The position numbers and the translations under genes are program-made. Positions 61,601-64,000 of a DNA stretch of 64,000 nucleotides are shown in pieces. The DNA comes from an uncultured Alphaproteobacteria bacterium (GTDB lineage: Bacteria > Electryoneota > RPQS01), in assembly GCA_964530625.1 (NCBI GenBank), contig CAZHAK010000003.1, forward strand, positions 35,476 through 99,475, given 5' to 3'. The notes under the pieces are model-generated. The model was not told the origin of the DNA. It searched no databases and worked only from the letters and a program-made list of their open reading frames with translations. Numbering within the stretch: the stretch's first letter is position 1; each line of letters begins with the position of its first letter.

Positions 61601-62824
61601 CTACTTGTCGCGATGGCAACGCACACATAACGCGCGGTCAGCAGACGCTATCATCAAAGGTTCTGCCGTCCAAGCATGCAGATCATGGCAACTCATGCAA
61701 CTCAGTGGACCACCGCGCACAGGATCAACCAACTCCGGACCCATGGGATGCGCGCCATGATGCTCGTGCTTATGACATTCGACGCATAGCTCTGCAGCAG
61801 GTTTGGTCAAATAACCCGCATTCTCATTGCCATGCGGATCGTGGCATTTCGCGCACGCGTATTTTGCGTGAGGATTGTCGCCGACGGTTTCCACACCCTT
61901 TGACGGATCGTGACATCTGACGCACAGATGTTTCGGCGCGGCGCTGAGCAAACTCTTCTGATCCGCTGCGTGAGGATTGTGGCACATCTCGCAAGCATTA
62001 TCTTCCGTCGCACCGTGCGGCATGTGTTTCGCAAAATGCTCGCCTTCGCTTTCGTGACAGTCACTGCAAACAGACTGAACGGAAGCCTTGAGCGGAAATG
62101 CGCCGCCAACTTGAGCCGCTACGTGACATGCCGCGCAGTCGTTATCGTCGAATGGAGCGTGTTTGTTACTCATCACTAAACCGGGCGCGTCACTTGCATG
62201 AGGATCGTGACATGCCGAGCAGCGCGAACCGATCGGGTCAAAGCTGGCGTGCCGTTCGCGCAACTTCGATTCGTTTCCGTGGCAGGTCATGCACAAGTCG
62301 CTGGTGTTCTTGGTCAATAAGTTGTCGAGGTCGCTGCCGTGAACGTCGTGGCACTTGTAACACTGTCCCACGCGCGCCGGCGCATGTACATTTGATCTCG
62401 CCAACCAATCCCGCACTTCCGTGTGGCAGGTCGCGCATAGCTCCTTGCTTGGCGCATTGAGCAGATTGTTATAATCCGACGCATGAGGATTGTGACAGCG
62501 CGTACATTCACCGCTTTCCACAGGAGCATGTTGATGCGACCTCTGCCGCCATTTTGCAGTTTCTTCGTGACAGCTTGCGCACATGGATCCTTCGCGATCC
62601 ACCAGCAGTTTCTCATGACGCGACGCGTGCGGCGCGTGGCAGGCGCTGCATTCACCGGAATTAAACGGCCCGTGAACGTCCGACTTGTTAAACTCCGTCT
62701 TGATGTCGTCATGACACTCGAGGCACGCGTTGTGCTGGTCAACTTTCGGCAACTCTTTTGCAAACAAGAGTGCGAAGCATGTGAGCGCAAAGGCGGCGAG
62801 CAGAATGAATACGCGGCGCTTCAT
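61601..62824 (-). CDS. multihaem c-type cytochrome, 16 CxxCH motifs
   Basis: Signal/anchor MKRRVFILLAAFALTCFALLFA. 16 CxxCH in 407 aa. Alternating CxxCH.PH(A/G)(S/N) and CxxCH(E/D) motifs (doubled-CXXCH style). Confidence 0.9.
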   Translation of the reverse strand: MKRRVFILLAAFALTCFALLFAKELPKVDQHNACLECHDDIKTEFNKSDVHGPFNSGECSACHAPHASRHEKLLVDREGSMCASCHEETAKWRQRSHQHAPVESGECTRCHNPHASDYNNLLNAPSKELCATCHTEVRDWLARSNVHAPARVGQCYKCHDVHGSDLDNLLTKNTSDLCMTCHGNESKLRERHASFDPIGSRCSACHDPHASDAPGLVMSNKHAPFDDNDCAACHVAAQVGGAFPLKASVQSVCSDCHESEGEHFAKHMPHGATEDNACEMCHNPHAADQKSLLSAAPKHLCVRCHDPSKGVETVGDNPHAKYACAKCHDPHGNENAGYLTKPAAELCVECHKHEHHGAHPMGPELVDPVRGGPLSCMSCHDLHAWTAEPLMIASADRALCVRCHRDK

Positions 62825-64000
62825 CTATTGACTCCTTCCGGTACGGCCACGTGGCAGGAAGCGCAATCACCCGATTCAAACGGCGCATGTTGGTTATTCA
62901 TAAGTAGTCTATCAATGTTTGATCCGTGCGCGTCGTGACACATTGCGCAGTTTATCGCGACTCCGTCCTGATTCAAGTGCGAGGCGCGAAACTCCGGCGT
63001 ATCCGTGTTGTGGCAATCCAAACACAGACCTGGTATCGCGTCAGTCAAGAGCGCCTTGTGTTTGCTCGTGTGCGCCGTATGACAATTCAAACACTCACCA
63101 GCGTTCGCGGGCGGATGTGAGAACGTCGCGTTGCGCGCGCTGTCAATGTCCGCATGACACGTAATGCAAAGGTGCGCCGCTCCGGCCAACAATAAGTTCT
63201 TGTTCGCGCTTTGGTGCGGATCGTGACAGGCCGTGCATTTTCCGTCGGCCACCGGCTGATGTACCGACGTCGCCGTCTTGATGGCGTCGGTGATATCCGA
63301 ATGGCACTCGCCACATGTCGCGGCGGTGGAATTCGTCAATAAACCGTCGTGATTTGAAGCGTGCGCCTGATGGCAATCCAAACACGCGCCATCCACAAAC
63401 GGAGGATGTACGGTGTTCCGTTCGTCCAACTTCATCGTCACAGAATGACAATCCGCGCAAAGTGAGTTGTCCGTGTCGCTCAGTAAGTGTTCGTGCTTCC
63501 CGCCGTGAACGTCGTGGCAGCTTCCGCATTCGCCGCGCAAGAAAGGCTGATGAACATCCTTCTTCGCAAACGAAGACTTCAAATCATCGTGGCAATCCAG
63601 ACACATGTCGCCTTGCCGCTTCAGCAGCAGACCTGCGCGATTCGTGCCGTGAGGATCATGACAGCTCCAACATTTCCCCATGGTGACCGCCGAGTGCGTC
63701 ACAGGTTGCTGAGTCGCCAGCTTGATGTCTTCATGGCACTGTAAACACTGGTCGTTGGATTTCGACTTGAGCAGTTTATCATTCGAGTTGCCGTGACCGT
63801 CATGACACGTCGTGCAGGCGTCACGGGCTGCTGAATGACCGTTAGCCAGTTTGGTCTTGTCAAGCTCTGTCGAGTGGCACTCACCGCAAACCTTCGCGTC
63901 GTCCGCCTTCAACAATGCCTCGGCGTGAGTGGTGTGTGGGTTATGGCATTCTATGCAACATTCGCTTTGTACTGGAGCGTGAGTCAAGTCTCCGTGTTTC
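62821..64000 (-). CDS. multihaem c-type cytochrome (C-terminal part; gene continues past the window end), at least 16 CxxCH
   Basis: The frame is open to position 64000, so the ORF-track Met at 63987 is an internal TTG. 16 CxxCH in the visible 393 codons, with the same doubled-CXXCH pattern. ATGA overlap with the next gene. Confidence 0.9.
   Translation of the reverse strand, partial: KHGDLTHAPVQSECCIECHNPHTTHAEALLKADDAKVCGECHSTELDKTKLANGHSAARDACTTCHDGHGNSNDKLLKSKSNDQCLQCHEDIKLATQQPVTHSAVTMGKCWSCHDPHGTNRAGLLLKRQGDMCLDCHDDLKSSFAKKDVHQPFLRGECGSCHDVHGGKHEHLLSDTDNSLCADCHSVTMKLDERNTVHPPFVDGACLDCHQAHASNHDGLLTNSTAATCGECHSDITDAIKTATSVHQPVADGKCTACHDPHQSANKNLLLAGAAHLCITCHADIDSARNATFSHPPANAGECLNCHTAHTSKHKALLTDAIPGLCLDCHNTDTPEFRASHLNQDGVAINCAMCHDAHGSNIDRLLMNNQHAPFESGDCASCHVAVPEGVNR

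Overview
This is a 64-kb stretch of bacterial chromosome, roughly 50-55% GC by eye. A T9SS C-terminal sorting domain, sigma-54 control and many short GC-hairpin repeats suggest an uncultured FCB-superphylum-like lineage. I support about 55 protein genes, 3 tRNAs (Arg-ACG, Ser-CGA, Ser-GGA), several intrinsic terminators, two -24/-12 promoters and at least four families of short dispersed repeats. I saw no rRNA, CRISPR array, integrase or transposase.

Layout:
- 1-17.4 kb: mixed housekeeping and accessory genes. These include a thiolase, a patatin operon, an M29 aminopeptidase, a NucS-like nuclease, a frameshifted T9SS beta-helix gene coupled to a Cys-rich secreted protein, a Gly-zipper lipoprotein with a small membrane protein, LemA-M48, an ArsR operon and a UppS-like gene.
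- 17.4-20 kb: repeat-filled non-coding DNA, small membrane proteins and tRNA-Arg(ACG) directly upstream of tadA.
- 20-32 kb: a terpene-cyclase-fold protein, tyrS, a cupin/HxlR pair, three LolA-like paralogs with a barrel, and a tRNA-Ser-bracketed segment (MBL hydrolase, DinB, DUF1801-AlkD fusion).
- 32-53 kb: a metal island with a Cache histidine kinase, an NtrC-type sigma-54 activator, a CusCBA-like pump, YHS and DUF2231 proteins, a P1B-1 Cu ATPase and a second heavy-metal RND (HME-RND) pump.
- 53-64 kb, minus strand: the most interesting part. It is a tightly coupled cluster of four very large multihaem c-type cytochromes (at least 80 CxxCH motifs by my count). It also carries an outer-membrane barrel, a periplasmic TPR protein, a membrane-anchored ferredoxin-flavoprotein and a membrane protein with two H-x13-H pairs. 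I read it as a candidate, apparently undescribed, NAD(P)H-linked porin-cytochrome electron conduit.
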